From: an uncultured Dehalococcoidales bacterium
GTDB taxonomy: Bacteria; Chloroflexota; Dehalococcoidia; Dehalococcoidales; JAUXAP01
Length of the DNA stretch: 38,627 nucleotides
Direction of reading: 5' to 3'
Assembly (NCBI GenBank): GCA_964598825.1
Contig: CAZRDI010000001.1
Coordinates: 1-38,627 of the forward strand
The notes below the pieces were generated by a model. That model saw only the letters and a list, made by a program, of their open reading frames with translations. It was not told the origin of the DNA and searched no databases. Each line of letters opens with the position of its first letter. Positions within the stretch are counted from its first letter, which is position 1. Below, piece after piece: positions 8,370 through 18,432 of the stretch. The position numbers and the translations under genes were made by a program.

Positions 8370-8985
8370 GCAGTACCTTTACCCGTTTCAATCGTGATTT
8401 CTCTTCCCGGTCTCTCTCCTCAAACTTCATATACAGGAACCTGATGGTCACTTGCAAACTGGGGATTATCAGGTATTCCAAGGCGTTGACTATCCTCTTC
8501 GTCCTGTTTATTTCCTTTCCCAGCAGCTCAAGACCGCTCTGTAGTTCAGCCAGTGCGATGATAGCTTTAAGGCATTTTTCGGATAGCTGTGCTGTCTGGT
8601 CCAACCATGATGAGGTATCAACCAGACTATATCCCCTCGCTGCCTCTTTGGTTTCTTTCAGCTCGAAGGAGGGAATTCTTGACCCGGCTACATTCCTTGA
8701 ACCGCTGATGATTTCTAAAGTCTTCTCGCTGGCGGTGAATTCCTTTTCCAGGGCTATGTAGCCATGATATCCGGCAGTGGTCGATAATGCCTTGTAGGCT
8801 TCGGCGAAGCCGTCCAGTAATTCTTTCCTGGCTTCCACCGTCTCTCTCGCCAGTTGCAGGAACTCCAGCATTAGTATTGACAGCCTGTCTTTCACTATCT
8901 TTTGTATCCTGGAGGCCAGAGAAAGGCGTCGCCTCAGCTTTATCAGCTCAATCTTAGTTGGTCTGACTTTTATCAGTTGTGCCAT
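8356..8985 (-). CDS. atpD: A/V-type ATPase subunit D (central stalk)
   Basis: 209 aa. N-terminal VRPTK.EL..L..RL.LA..G..LLKDK-like pattern, coiled-coil composition, and last position of the H-I-K-E-C-F-A-B-D order. Confidence 0.85.
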   Translation of the reverse strand: MAQLIKVRPTKIELIKLRRRLSLASRIQKIVKDRLSILMLEFLQLARETVEARKELLDGFAEAYKALSTTAGYHGYIALEKEFTASEKTLEIISGSRNVAGSRIPSFELKETKEAARGYSLVDTSSWLDQTAQLSEKCLKAIIALAELQSGLELLGKEINRTKRIVNALEYLIIPSLQVTIRFLYMKFEERDREEKSRLKRVKVLLEQK

Positions 8986-8994
8986 TTTCCCTTT

Positions 8995-10398
8995 TTAAGT
9001 CTTTTCTTTATACTTCGGGAGGTATTTCTTTATCAGTTCTTCACTTACTAACTTCAGGTCCTCCTCAGGCAGTGCTGAGAACAGGTTCCAGCCTGTATCC
9101 AGTGTTTCTTCTACCGTCCTCTTCTGAGTCTCACCCTGAGATATGAATTCCCTCTCGAATCTATCGGCAACCTCCAGGTATACCTTGTCTCTATCACTCA
9201 GCGCTTCAGCACCTATGATAGTTGATATTTCTCTCAGGCTGATACCTTCGGCGTAAGTAGCATACAACTGCATGAAGACGTTATTATGGTCCTCTCTGGT
9301 CTTGCCGGGGCCGATACCCTCTTTCATCATCCGTGAAAGTGACAGGAATACGTCTATCGGTGGGTATATACCCTTTCTTTCCAGGTCTCTTGAAATCACA
9401 ATCTGGCCCTCGGTTATGTAACCGGTAAGGTCGGGGATGGGGTGCGTGATGTCATCGTCGGGCATGGTCAGGATAGGCATGATGGTTACCGAGCCTTCCA
9501 CCCCGAATATCCTGCCTGCTCTCTCGTACATCGTTGCCAGGTCAGTATACATATAACCCGGATATCCTCTCCTTGAGGGTATCTCTTCACGCATTGCTGA
9601 AAGCTCACGGAGGGCTTCGCAGTAGTTGGTCATATCGGTGAGGATAACCAGCACATGCATGTGCTGGCTCCAAGCCAGGTACTCAGCGGCGGTTAAGGCT
9701 AATCTGGGCGTTGATATGCGCTCGATAACGGGGTCGGAGGCAGTATTAATGAAAGCTACCGTCCTCTCTCTGGCACCCGTCTCCTCAAGGTTCTTCATAA
9801 AGAAGGCGGCATCGTCATAGCTCACACCAACGGCACCAAAGACGATGGCAAACTTTTCCGCCTTTCCCTTCACTGTAGCCTGTCTGATTACCTGGGCTAC
9901 GATTCGGTTATGTGGCAGTCCCGAGCCGCTGAATATAGGCAGCTTCTGACCCCTGACCAGAGCATTCAGACCGTCTATAGCCGAGATGCCGGTTTCAATA
10001 AACTCGGCGGGGGGTTCACGGCTTGCCGGGTTCATAGGTTGCCCGTTTATGTCCATGTAGTCTTCAGGAACTACAGGCGGCCCCCCATCCATAGGCTCTC
10101 CCATTCCATTAAAAATCCTGCCTAAGATGTCGCCGGATACGGGCAGCCTTAGAGTCTCGCCTCTGCACCTTAACTTGCTGTCACGGAGGTCTACTTCGCT
10201 GACTCCACCGAACACCTGAATAACAGTCGCTTCTTTACTGATGTCTATTGCCTGACCGCGCTTCACCTCACCTGTTGATAGGATGACGTCAACAATCTCG
10301 TTAAACTTCACTCCCGGGATACTCTCAGCTATTAGCAGGGAGCCCTTGGCTCTTTTGATAGCCTTTGTTTCTCTTATAAAAAGTGAAGGTTCTGTCAT
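8995..10398 (-). CDS. atpB: A/V-type ATPase subunit B (non-catalytic)
   Basis: Typical B-subunit blocks: [59 protein letters not shown]. The track start 10446 gives a 16-aa extension overlapping atpA. ATG 10398-10396 overlaps the atpA TGA (TGATG), so I took it as the start (467 aa). Confidence 0.9.
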   Translation of the reverse strand: MTEPSLFIRETKAIKRAKGSLLIAESIPGVKFNEIVDVILSTGEVKRGQAIDISKEATVIQVFGGVSEVDLRDSKLRCRGETLRLPVSGDILGRIFNGMGEPMDGGPPVVPEDYMDINGQPMNPASREPPAEFIETGISAIDGLNALVRGQKLPIFSGSGLPHNRIVAQVIRQATVKGKAEKFAIVFGAVGVSYDDAAFFMKNLEETGARERTVAFINTASDPVIERISTPRLALTAAEYLAWSQHMHVLVILTDMTNYCEALRELSAMREEIPSRRGYPGYMYTDLATMYERAGRIFGVEGSVTIMPILTMPDDDITHPIPDLTGYITEGQIVISRDLERKGIYPPIDVFLSLSRMMKEGIGPGKTREDHNNVFMQLYATYAEGISLREISTIIGAEALSDRDKVYLEVADRFEREFISQGETQKRTVEETLDTGWNLFSALPEEDLKLVSEELIKKYLPKYKEKT

Positions 10399-12146
10399 CA
10401 GACTCCTCCTTTGCGAGCTACTAGAGTTGATTCCATCTCTGACCACAGCTCTTTAATTCTCTGCTCAAACACATCATTGGGTATGTCCTTCATCCTGGAT
10501 ATTCTATACACCATCGGAGATGAACGGATTTCGGCAACAGTTACTCCTGACTCTAACATCTCCCTGGTTAGCTCATAAAACTTGATTATAGTCTTGAGCA
10601 TTAGCTGAGCTCTGGCGGGCAGGCAATAGGTATCAATCTCATGATAAGCGCTCTGCATGAGAAAGTCTTCACGTATCATCCTTGATACCAGAAGCAGTAA
10701 CTTGTCTCCTTCAGGCAAGGCTTCCGGACCTACGAGCCTTACAATCTCCTCTAACTCAGCCTCTTGCTGTAAGATTTTCAGAGCGACGGCTCTTGTATCC
10801 GCCCACTCAGGGTCAATCTCGGACCACCACTCTTTAACCGATTCGGCATAAAGGCTGTAGCTGGTAAGCCAGTTTATTGCCGGGAAGTGTCTCCTGTTTG
10901 CCAGCGCAACATCCAGAGAGTATAAAGCCTCCACTATCCTGATGGTGTTCTGGGTAACCGGCTCACTGAAATCGGCACCGGGGGGACTGACTGCGCCGGC
11001 TACTGTTACTGACCCTCTTCTTTCGGGCTTGCCCAGGCATTCAACCAGTCCGGCTCTCTCGTAAAATGATGACAGCCGTGAGCCCATATATGCCGGGAAA
11101 CCTTCCTCGCCCGGCATCTCTTCAAGTCTACCGCCTATCTCTCTCATGGCTTCAGCCCATCTTGAGGTTGAATCGGCAACAAGTAGAATGTCATAGCCCA
11201 TATCACGGTAGTATTCGGCCAGAGTGACGCCTACGAAGATACTGGCTTCACGCGCCACCACTGGCATATTGGAGGTATTAGCCAGAAAGACCTCCTTCTC
11301 CTGTAACAGCCTGCCTGTTGCCGGGTCCTTGAGCTCTTTGAAGCTGTAGAGCACATCAGCCATCTCGTTGCCTCTCTCCCCGCAACCGACATAGATATTG
11401 AGCTGCGTTTGGGCCCACCTGGCTAACTGCTGTAAGGTAACGGTCTTACCGGTACCGAAACCACCGGGCACGGCTGCTTTGCCGCCGAGCGCCAGAGGGA
11501 ACATATAATCCAGAATCCGCATGCCGGTAACCAGCAGCCTTGACGGGTCAAACCTGTCCTTGTAGGGCCGCGGTTTTCTGACCGGCCATTTCTGCATCAT
11601 GGTAATCTCTTTAACCTCACCATCCTGCTCTATACGCATTATAGGTTCCTCAATGGTGAAATCGCCCTTGCGTATCTCCTTTATCACACCCTCAACCCCT
11701 ATGGGCACCATTATTCTATGCTCTATAAGATGCGTCTCGGGAACAGTACCTATGATGTCTCCCCCACCAACCTTATCCCCGGCCTTGACTGTAGGCGTGA
11801 ATTGCCATTTCTTGTCCCGCGGCAGGGCAAACGACTTGGCGCCGCGCTTTAGAAAGAAACCCTCTCGCATAAGGTCGGTCAGGGATTTCTGAAGTCCGTC
11901 ATAAATAGACCCCACGATTCCCGGCCCCAGCTCCACGGTTAAAATCGCTCCTGTCTCTCTAACCTTTTCACCGACTTGTAACCCCTGGGTATCCTCGTGG
12001 ACCTGAATTATGGCTTTATCTTCCTCCAGGCCTATTACCTCTCCAATAATGCCTTCTTCCCCTATCTCAACAATCTCATAGACCTGGCTTCCTAGCATAT
12101 CCTCAGCTATAACCAAGGGGCCCGAGACCCTCCATACCTTACCCAT
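10398..12146 (-). CDS. atpA: A/V-type ATPase subunit A (catalytic)
   Basis: 582 aa. P-loop GGFGTGKTV, the non-homologous insertion typical of A subunits, and [25 protein letters not shown] lies 9 nt upstream of the ATG. Confidence 0.9.
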   Translation of the reverse strand: MGKVWRVSGPLVIAEDMLGSQVYEIVEIGEEGIIGEVIGLEEDKAIIQVHEDTQGLQVGEKVRETGAILTVELGPGIVGSIYDGLQKSLTDLMREGFFLKRGAKSFALPRDKKWQFTPTVKAGDKVGGGDIIGTVPETHLIEHRIMVPIGVEGVIKEIRKGDFTIEEPIMRIEQDGEVKEITMMQKWPVRKPRPYKDRFDPSRLLVTGMRILDYMFPLALGGKAAVPGGFGTGKTVTLQQLARWAQTQLNIYVGCGERGNEMADVLYSFKELKDPATGRLLQEKEVFLANTSNMPVVAREASIFVGVTLAEYYRDMGYDILLVADSTSRWAEAMREIGGRLEEMPGEEGFPAYMGSRLSSFYERAGLVECLGKPERRGSVTVAGAVSPPGADFSEPVTQNTIRIVEALYSLDVALANRRHFPAINWLTSYSLYAESVKEWWSEIDPEWADTRAVALKILQQEAELEEIVRLVGPEALPEGDKLLLLVSRMIREDFLMQSAYHEIDTYCLPARAQLMLKTIIKFYELTREMLESGVTVAEIRSSPMVYRISRMKDIPNDVFEQRIKELWSEMESTLVARKGGV

Positions 12147-12171
12147 AATTTATTACCTCCGTAACACGCAC

Positions 12172-12525
12172 TTAGATTTCTATCTCAAAACCCGTAAACT
12201 TTCTGACGTAGGATTTGTAATATCCGGTGACATCCTTGTATTTCGTGCCATATTTGGATGGAACCTCTATGATTACCGGCGTTAATCTCTTATCTTCTTT
12301 GACATGTTCTATAAGGTCCAAGACATGCTGCGCATAGTCTTCCTGTATCGCTATTATGCCAATATCAGGCTCGCTTATCAGGTTGGTTAGAGCCTTTCTG
12401 ACACTTTCCTCAACATCATGCTCATCCTCTATGACATGGTATCGTGTTACACCGGCTAACCTCATCCCGTTAACCAGGTCTTCGTTTCCTATAATAGCTA
12501 CATTTAGATTGTTAATAAGACTCAT
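12172..12525 (-). CDS. atpF: A/V-type ATPase subunit F
   Basis: 117 aa. Pattern IAIIGNEDLV.G.RLAG...GII.I.E and position between C and A. ATGA overlap with the atpC stop. Confidence 0.8.
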   Translation of the reverse strand: MSLINNLNVAIIGNEDLVNGMRLAGVTRYHVIEDEHDVEESVRKALTNLISEPDIGIIAIQEDYAQHVLDLIEHVKEDKRLTPVIIEVPSKYGTKYKDVTGYYKSYVRKFTGFEIEI

Positions 12526-13562
12526 GATGCAAATACCAGATAATCCTTTATCTCTTCTATGGGTCTATTATCAAACATCGCCTTTATAATCAGTCTTAAG
12601 TTTCGTATTTCTAGCTCTTTAAGGATTAAGTACCAGGCTACCATTAGCGGAGACAATATTCTCGGTGACAGCGTCTCCTTGCTCAACCTGAACTTATGTT
12701 TTTCAATGACTTCTTCAACAACAGTGACGCTCTTGGTTCTATCGTAGCTGCTTACTACTTCTTCTACCACATTATGGTACTGAGTATGCTCCAGTCTGCC
12801 GGGTATATCACTTAATTTAAGCGATATTAAATCCTTAGCAACGGTATCGGAAATAATATATCCACCACTGAGCATATATTCAGCCGCTTCAGCACCCATG
12901 TTATTAATTATTGCTCTCAGTATAATTTGCAGGTTTATCATGTCTATCATAGTACCGAATGCTTGAGAAAGTATGGCACCATTCTTAACACCTTCTGCAA
13001 CCTTCAATAAGCTCCTGTAGTATTCCTCATCTAACTTAACTTCGGTCAGGCGTCTTGCCCGTACCCCTTCGTCTATATTGTATCCCGTCAGGATTTCGGC
13101 ATAAGTCCCCAGCTTACACTTGTTAAGTAATTCTATAATGCTGCTCGCACTCTCGGCACTGGAAAGTTCATCCAGTAATCCACTATTGTGAATATTACCT
13201 ATTGGTAGCAAACTGGCTTTCTTACCGCTTGAGATAGCCATCAAAGCCGCTTTGATGTTTAAGACATCATATTTTATTACGTATGCCTCCAGTATCTTGC
13301 GTATCTCGGATGGCACGGTCTTGAACCACTCCAGACGCTCCAGACATTCGCCCAGGTAAGTCCATAGGTATTTATCCAGGTCATCAAAGGTTTTAACAGA
13401 CATACCCTCAAGGTAACTGCCTATATCGGTCTCTCTGACAATTTCCAGCGCGTCTTGAACACTGGATGCTTTTGACATACCATCAACGTGGCTGGAGGTC
13501 ACAAACCTGGCCTCCTCACCTTTCAGGTAAGCCGATGTAAATGCATATCCCGCGTTTGGCAA
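12522..13562 (-). CDS. atpC: A/V-type ATPase subunit C (V-type d-like)
   Basis: 346 aa, helical. N-terminal Y.F..AYLKG.EAR.. pattern and position between E and F. TTG start. Confidence 0.8.
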   Translation of the reverse strand: MPNAGYAFTSAYLKGEEARFVTSSHVDGMSKASSVQDALEIVRETDIGSYLEGMSVKTFDDLDKYLWTYLGECLERLEWFKTVPSEIRKILEAYVIKYDVLNIKAALMAISSGKKASLLPIGNIHNSGLLDELSSAESASSIIELLNKCKLGTYAEILTGYNIDEGVRARRLTEVKLDEEYYRSLLKVAEGVKNGAILSQAFGTMIDMINLQIILRAIINNMGAEAAEYMLSGGYIISDTVAKDLISLKLSDIPGRLEHTQYHNVVEEVVSSYDRTKSVTVVEEVIEKHKFRLSKETLSPRILSPLMVAWYLILKELEIRNLRLIIKAMFDNRPIEEIKDYLVFAS

Positions 13563-13571
13563 GGTTAACTC

Positions 13572-14165
13572 CTATTCAGTTCCAAAAAGGTCTTTGCTTA
13601 TCTCAGGCAAAATCTGAGGCAGCAATGTCTCGAGTCTGGTATCATAGGTATTATCTATCCTGATTTTCCCATCAGCGTCCTCGATTATAACCCCTCCCGT
13701 GCAATTGAACTCTTTGACTTCCATTACCCTACCGGCCAATTCCTTATCTTCTTTGATGAGTTTTTGCATGGCGGCTACATCTTTAGGCGCAACGTAAACC
13801 CTGGCTTTATCAACCTCAAGCGTGCTGAGGGCTTCTTTAACCAGGTTCAAGGATGAGACTTTACCACCGGTGGAATCGGACAAGGCCTTTTTCACTTTAC
13901 CGATTATCTCGTCAATCATTCCGGTCTTAACGACTAACAGCTCCTGACGAGCCTTTATGGAAGCCTGAGCCATGATTCGGGCTGCCTCACCCTTGGCTTG
14001 TTCTACGAGCTTGCGTTTCTCTTCCTCAAGTCTGGCTTCCTGCTGCTTCTTAGCTTTCGCTATTCTTTCCTTTGCCTTCTCCTCGGCGTCTTTTACTATA
14101 TCCCTGGCTTCTGCTCTCACCTTGTCCAGAATAGCTTCGCTTATTTTTTCCATACCCATTTGCAA
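13572..14165 (-). CDS. atpE: A/V-type ATPase subunit E (peripheral stalk)
   Basis: 197 aa. Long charged N-terminal helix (KISEAILDKVRAEARDIVKDAEEKAKE...) plus a globular C-domain, as in AhaE/NtpE. Position follows K. Confidence 0.8.
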   Translation of the reverse strand: MQMGMEKISEAILDKVRAEARDIVKDAEEKAKERIAKAKKQQEARLEEEKRKLVEQAKGEAARIMAQASIKARQELLVVKTGMIDEIIGKVKKALSDSTGGKVSSLNLVKEALSTLEVDKARVYVAPKDVAAMQKLIKEDKELAGRVMEVKEFNCTGGVIIEDADGKIRIDNTYDTRLETLLPQILPEISKDLFGTE

Positions 14166-14172
14166 TCTGTCC

Positions 14173-14643
14173 TTACATTAGTCCTAACATTGTTAATGCC
14201 ATTATCGAGAACACCAGGCCGAGTACACCGAGAAGCTCTACGAACACGGCCAGCATAACACCGTTGGTCAGTATCTTGCCTTTTGTCTTGGGCAGGAGTG
14301 ATATGCTAGCGGCACACACATGACCCTGGTATATTGCTGAAAATAGTTCTGCAGCCGCAGTTACAACCCCGCAGCCAATTACAGCAAAACCAGCACCACC
14401 TTCAATCGGCATGTTAGGAACAACCGATGTGAGAATAAGTATAAATACTATCAGTCCGTAGAAGGTCTGGGTCATTGGCAGAGATGCAAATATAATTACA
14501 TTCCTGAACTGCCCCGGCTCTTCAGATAAGGTAGCGGCTCCCGCTGAGCCGGCGATACCTATACCTATTGAAGAACCTAATAAACCTCCTGCCAAAGCTA
14601 TGGCACCACCAAAAGTTGCTAAAGATGCTGGGTCAAATAACAT
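14173..14643 (-). CDS. atpK: A/V-type ATPase proteolipid subunit K (c), 4-TM double hairpin
   Basis: 156 aa, the same length as Enterococcus hirae NtpK. Gly-rich TM1 (GIGIAGSAGA), SLPMTQTFYGL, AIYQGHV, VFVELLGVLG. GGAGGAGG lies 5 nt upstream of the ATG. Confidence 0.85.
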   Translation of the reverse strand: MLFDPASLATFGGAIALAGGLLGSSIGIGIAGSAGAATLSEEPGQFRNVIIFASLPMTQTFYGLIVFILILTSVVPNMPIEGGAGFAVIGCGVVTAAAELFSAIYQGHVCAASISLLPKTKGKILTNGVMLAVFVELLGVLGLVFSIMALTMLGLM

Positions 14644-14655
14644 TTTTGCCTCCTC

Positions 14656-16644
14656 CTAAGATTTTGTTGCTATGGATACGGTTGCCCGTCTCCTTAATTT
14701 GAATGGACTATACTCTCTACCTCCCCCTTCATAAAACTTGAACAGGAATTCCACGAAGCATAACCTGAGGGAGTGCATAAAACCGGTAATAGCGGTAAGT
14801 ACCATGTTAATCACATGCCCGAAAACGACGATTACAACACCCATAATGCCGCCGATGATAACACCGGCTGTGCCGGGTATTATTTCACCGAATAAACCGG
14901 CCATCATATTGAAAGTAGAGGCTAAATAGAATGTAGCTAAACCAACTCCGGCTAGCCGGGCGTAGGACATGACATCACCCAGAAGCCCGGTGATATCAAA
15001 AAGCCAGAGAATGGCTCCCAGACCCCCGCTCTGCATTATGCTTGACACCGCGATTAATACGACCCCGCCAGCCATGCAATATAGCAGGATAGAGTAAATT
15101 TGCGGTGTGAATCCTGGTATATTAACACCCAGCAGAGAATGAAGAATTGTCGGTACGCCAATCTCAAGGAGAAACAGGCCGACCTTACTGAGTATCAAAG
15201 CCTTGTTCCTCTCCTTTATCCCGTTGACGAAGGCTATTATATGGCCTATGTTGACATGGATAAAGCCGATTCCAAGTGCCAGGATTATGAATGACACCGG
15301 GTCTTGCAGAAGGTCCTTAACCCCCTGGACAAGGGGAAAAGCTTCAAAGCCAAAGATTGCATAAATATCGCCCAGGTACTGCCCTGTAAGCACTCCACCA
15401 ATGAGAGCAACGCCACCACAGATATAAATTAACCTCTGGAAGAGCTTAAAGTTGTCCGATTTAGGGTCATCAACAAATTTGCCCAGGAGGAATTTAGCGA
15501 GGAGTATAATTCCCAGGGCATACACTACGTCACACACCATGATGCCAAAGAACAGGGCAAAGGAATAAGCCACTATAGGAGTAGGGTCCTTCTCCCTGTA
15601 TTTAGGGAGAGCAAACAGGTTTACTATAGCCTGAAATGGCTTGATTCCTCTGATATTACTCTGTTTAGTGGGAGGCTCCTCTTCTTTTTCTGGCTCGCGG
15701 GTGTCAATAAATACATAATCTATATTTTCTCTGACTTCCGAGAACGCGGTCTCGGCAGCACTTTCCGGAATCCACCCCTCAATTAAGGTCACATACTTAG
15801 CTTCGGTAGCCTTTTCTAAAACCGAAAGCCTTTCACTTTCCGCTGCCAACGCTTCACGCAGAAGGGCAATTCTGTTTAAGTCTTCCCTTGACTTCTCTTG
15901 AAGTTCTTCACGAAGTTTTGTTATCTCCTCTTCAAGACTGCCAATCTTGCTGCCGGTTGTTTTAAGGAAGTCCTCTAGGGTTAAATCCTCATCCGGTATC
16001 TGTAAAATTTTGCCTCCGGCATCAGTAACCAGAGATTCTATAGTCTCCTGGTCTTTAACTTTAGCCACCGCATGGATAATGGTCTCGCCTTCTATAGTGG
16101 TAACAATATTTTCAAACAGGTAGCTTTCAAGCTTATCATGAAGGGTCTCATACATCTCGCTGGAAACAACAAAGACATTAGAAAAGAGGTAATCGCCGGA
16201 AAATCTCAGGTCTCCTAGTCTAAGGTCCGCTTGTTCGGCAAGAGGTTCAAGATATCCCTTTAGTTCTGCTAACTGCTGAGCTTCCTCGTCAAGTTTGACG
16301 ATTCTCTCATATAGCTTGTTAACCTTATTGTATAATGTTCTTACTTCTCCACTAATCTCACCAAAGGGTCTGGTATAGATTACTTCAATATCTTCATCCA
16401 GAGATACCTGCTCCTTTTGTGGTATGTGAACTAACACATTATTAACGAAGGTTAATAGCTCACCGACTTCCTCTTGCTCATGTTCAATTGCTGCTCTGTC
16501 AATAGGTCTTAATTCTTTGCTTTCCTCAATATGAAGCGCCCCAATTTTATGTAAAGTTTTAAGCGTTTTCTCCGAGTCATCTTTTATTGTTACTACCCTG
16601 ACTTTGACCATAGACTCAGGATTACTGAGGAATAGGGGTATCAT
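14656..16644 (-). CDS. atpI: A/V-type ATPase subunit I (a subunit: cytoplasmic N-domain plus membrane C-domain)
   Basis: 662 aa. About 330 aa of soluble coiled-coil N-half, then a polytopic C-half containing the conserved SYARL.G.GLA and H..R....EF blocks. ATGA overlap with atpH. Confidence 0.85.
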   Translation of the reverse strand: MIPLFLSNPESMVKVRVVTIKDDSEKTLKTLHKIGALHIEESKELRPIDRAAIEHEQEEVGELLTFVNNVLVHIPQKEQVSLDEDIEVIYTRPFGEISGEVRTLYNKVNKLYERIVKLDEEAQQLAELKGYLEPLAEQADLRLGDLRFSGDYLFSNVFVVSSEMYETLHDKLESYLFENIVTTIEGETIIHAVAKVKDQETIESLVTDAGGKILQIPDEDLTLEDFLKTTGSKIGSLEEEITKLREELQEKSREDLNRIALLREALAAESERLSVLEKATEAKYVTLIEGWIPESAAETAFSEVRENIDYVFIDTREPEKEEEPPTKQSNIRGIKPFQAIVNLFALPKYREKDPTPIVAYSFALFFGIMVCDVVYALGIILLAKFLLGKFVDDPKSDNFKLFQRLIYICGGVALIGGVLTGQYLGDIYAIFGFEAFPLVQGVKDLLQDPVSFIILALGIGFIHVNIGHIIAFVNGIKERNKALILSKVGLFLLEIGVPTILHSLLGVNIPGFTPQIYSILLYCMAGGVVLIAVSSIMQSGGLGAILWLFDITGLLGDVMSYARLAGVGLATFYLASTFNMMAGLFGEIIPGTAGVIIGGIMGVVIVVFGHVINMVLTAITGFMHSLRLCFVEFLFKFYEGGGREYSPFKLRRRATVSIATKS

Positions 16645-16967
16645 TTCAGGTCCGCTCCAGTGATATCACTTACTATACGCCCTGTAATTTTCTCCGACTT
16701 CTTTTCAATATTGGTTTTTATTTTAGAAGCCTGGGTCTTGGATTCCTTAACCTTTTTATCAGCGTCTTCCCTGGCCTGCTTTATAATCTGCTCGCACTCC
16801 TTTTTAACTTCGTCCGCAGACAACTTGGCGGAGAGTATCTTGCCGGCCTCATCATTTGCTTTAAGGAGAATAGCATTAGTCTTGCTCTGAGCTTCTTTAA
16901 GTATCTTTTCGGCTTCGACCTCAATAGCTTCTACACTACTTGACATTTCTTTTGCAGACATGGTCAC
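16641..16967 (-). CDS. atpH: A-type ATPase subunit H (small peripheral-stalk coiled coil, AhaH-like)
   Basis: 108 aa, entirely charged helix. First gene of the operon, as in archaeal ahaH. Assigned by position and composition only. Confidence 0.6.
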   Translation of the reverse strand: MTMSAKEMSSSVEAIEVEAEKILKEAQSKTNAILLKANDEAGKILSAKLSADEVKKECEQIIKQAREDADKKVKESKTQASKIKTNIEKKSEKITGRIVSDITGADLK

Positions 16968-17060
16968 ACCTTTCCAAAGATTTATGAGGAGTTATATATA
17001 AAGAAGGCTTATCGCCTCTCATATACATTAGTTGATTGAAAACAACGATTTCAAAGTCAT

Positions 17061-17089
17061 ATTATAACCAGAAGTGCTCTAAAAGTCAA
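17061..17089 (-). promoter_or_regulatory. sigma70-like promoter candidate of the ATPase operon
   Basis: Minus strand TTGACT (17089-17084), 17-nt spacer, TATAAT (17066-17061). Predicts a leader of about 85-90 nt before the atpH ATG at 16967. Confidence 0.45.
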
Positions 17090-17131
17090 AGGGGATGACC
17101 TGCAATATTTTATGACTAAGCAAAGCAGTTT

Positions 17132-18220
17132 TTAGAGTTCGGTCGGTTCTGATTCTGCGATTACAAAGAGAGCATCACCCTGGCGGATTTCGTAGCGGGA
17201 CTGCGGGTTAACCATCATTGCCCGCTTCTCTTCTATCAACCTGTATACGGTATCACCGCTTAGTTGCTGCCTTAATTCTTCAGAGTAATCGGTTTCAATA
17301 GCCAGAAGTATCATACGCCGCTGTGATAGGGTTTGTACGGCTTCGGCAAACTCCTTTCCAACCAGCGTATCGGGGAGCTCTTTATCGTAGCGGTAAAGCT
17401 CACTGCCTACATTAAAGGTCAGCAATTCCGATACCACACGCGAAACACCGTGGTTCAGGGCTGAAGCAACGGCAAGGTTGCCCCCCAGCTGGTCAAGGCA
17501 AATAATTTCGTCAGTGTGGGCGCGTTCCAGGTGCATACGGTTAGCCGAGTTCATGATTTGCACACAGGTGTGGACTTCCCGGTTTAGAGATTCAACTGCC
17601 AGCGTAACCATAAGGGCTTCAGCATCAGCCTCGTTGACCCCTTTGTCAAGGTCTGTAAGTACGATAACACTGTGAGCATTCATCACCCCGGCCCGAATCA
17701 GGTTTTCATCCTGACTGGGGTCACCTTTTATGAACTCAACCCTCTCATCCTTTATCGGTCGTTCTTCACTATCGGTTAGAATCACAATTCCTTGCTGCTG
17801 CATCACATTAGCCGATAGGAGCTCTTCAATTATTCGCTCCCCCTGAAAATTCCAGCCGCAGATTATGGTGTGACCTGAAAAGCGAACTCTCTTAGCCATA
17901 CTTCCTCCTCTCCTTATGTACTCAACGAGCATGCTTGTGATTTTGGCGGTAACGATAGCCAGGAAGGTAATACTCACTAACATGCCGATTACATTGCAAA
18001 TCTGGACAGCCAGATAGGGACTCTCTATTATGCCTAATTCGCCAAGGAAGGTGGGGAATATTTCCAGGGTGGCTTCTCCGAACCCAATATCCTCGAATAC
18101 CATGATAACTACGGCAGCACCAACGTAGACTAATACTAACAGTAAGAGGATAGATAACACGGGGCGGTTCACTATCCTCCGCCAGGTAATCCAGAGCAGG
18201 TATCGGCATCTAGATAACAT
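17132..18220 (-). CDS. MthK-like 2-TM pore channel fused to RCK (TrkA-N/TrkA-C) domains, non-canonical selectivity filter
   Basis: 362 aa: TM1, pore region, TM2, then HTIICGWNFQGERIIEELL (Rossmann RCK) and a C-terminal TrkA-C-like lobe. Collinear with MthK, but TVGYGD is replaced by TFLGELG. Confidence 0.7.
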   Translation of the reverse strand: MLSRCRYLLWITWRRIVNRPVLSILLLLVLVYVGAAVVIMVFEDIGFGEATLEIFPTFLGELGIIESPYLAVQICNVIGMLVSITFLAIVTAKITSMLVEYIRRGGSMAKRVRFSGHTIICGWNFQGERIIEELLSANVMQQQGIVILTDSEERPIKDERVEFIKGDPSQDENLIRAGVMNAHSVIVLTDLDKGVNEADAEALMVTLAVESLNREVHTCVQIMNSANRMHLERAHTDEIICLDQLGGNLAVASALNHGVSRVVSELLTFNVGSELYRYDKELPDTLVGKEFAEAVQTLSQRRMILLAIETDYSEELRQQLSGDTVYRLIEEKRAMMVNPQSRYEIRQGDALFVIAESEPTEL

Positions 18221-18382
18221 GGACTCCCTCCGGTGGCTAGATGTTTAGATTCGCCCTAATAATTACTTATTTTGCCCAAGATGACGAGTGACATTAAATA
18301 AGTGAACTTGTATAATTAACTGACTGAATACTACTCCAGAGAAATGATTGAGTCAACTGTCTATGCCCAATCGCAGGGAGCG

Positions 18383-18411
18383 TTGACAATTCTCCGCAAT
18401 ACCAATAAAGT
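18383..18411 (+). promoter_or_regulatory. sigma70-like promoter candidate of the CaCA exchanger gene
   Basis: TTGACA (18383-18388), 17-nt spacer, TAAAGT (18406-18411). Confidence 0.4.
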
Positions 18412-18432
18412 AGCTTGTTAAAGGAGTTTGCC

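Noticed and set aside
8356-16967. Compositional evidence that the ATPase operon is horizontally acquired
   Set aside because: My hand GC counts of single 60-nt samples ranged from about 32 percent (atpC) to about 52 percent (atpA, atpI). That is too heterogeneous and too sparsely sampled to support a claim, and it needs a proper windowed calculation.
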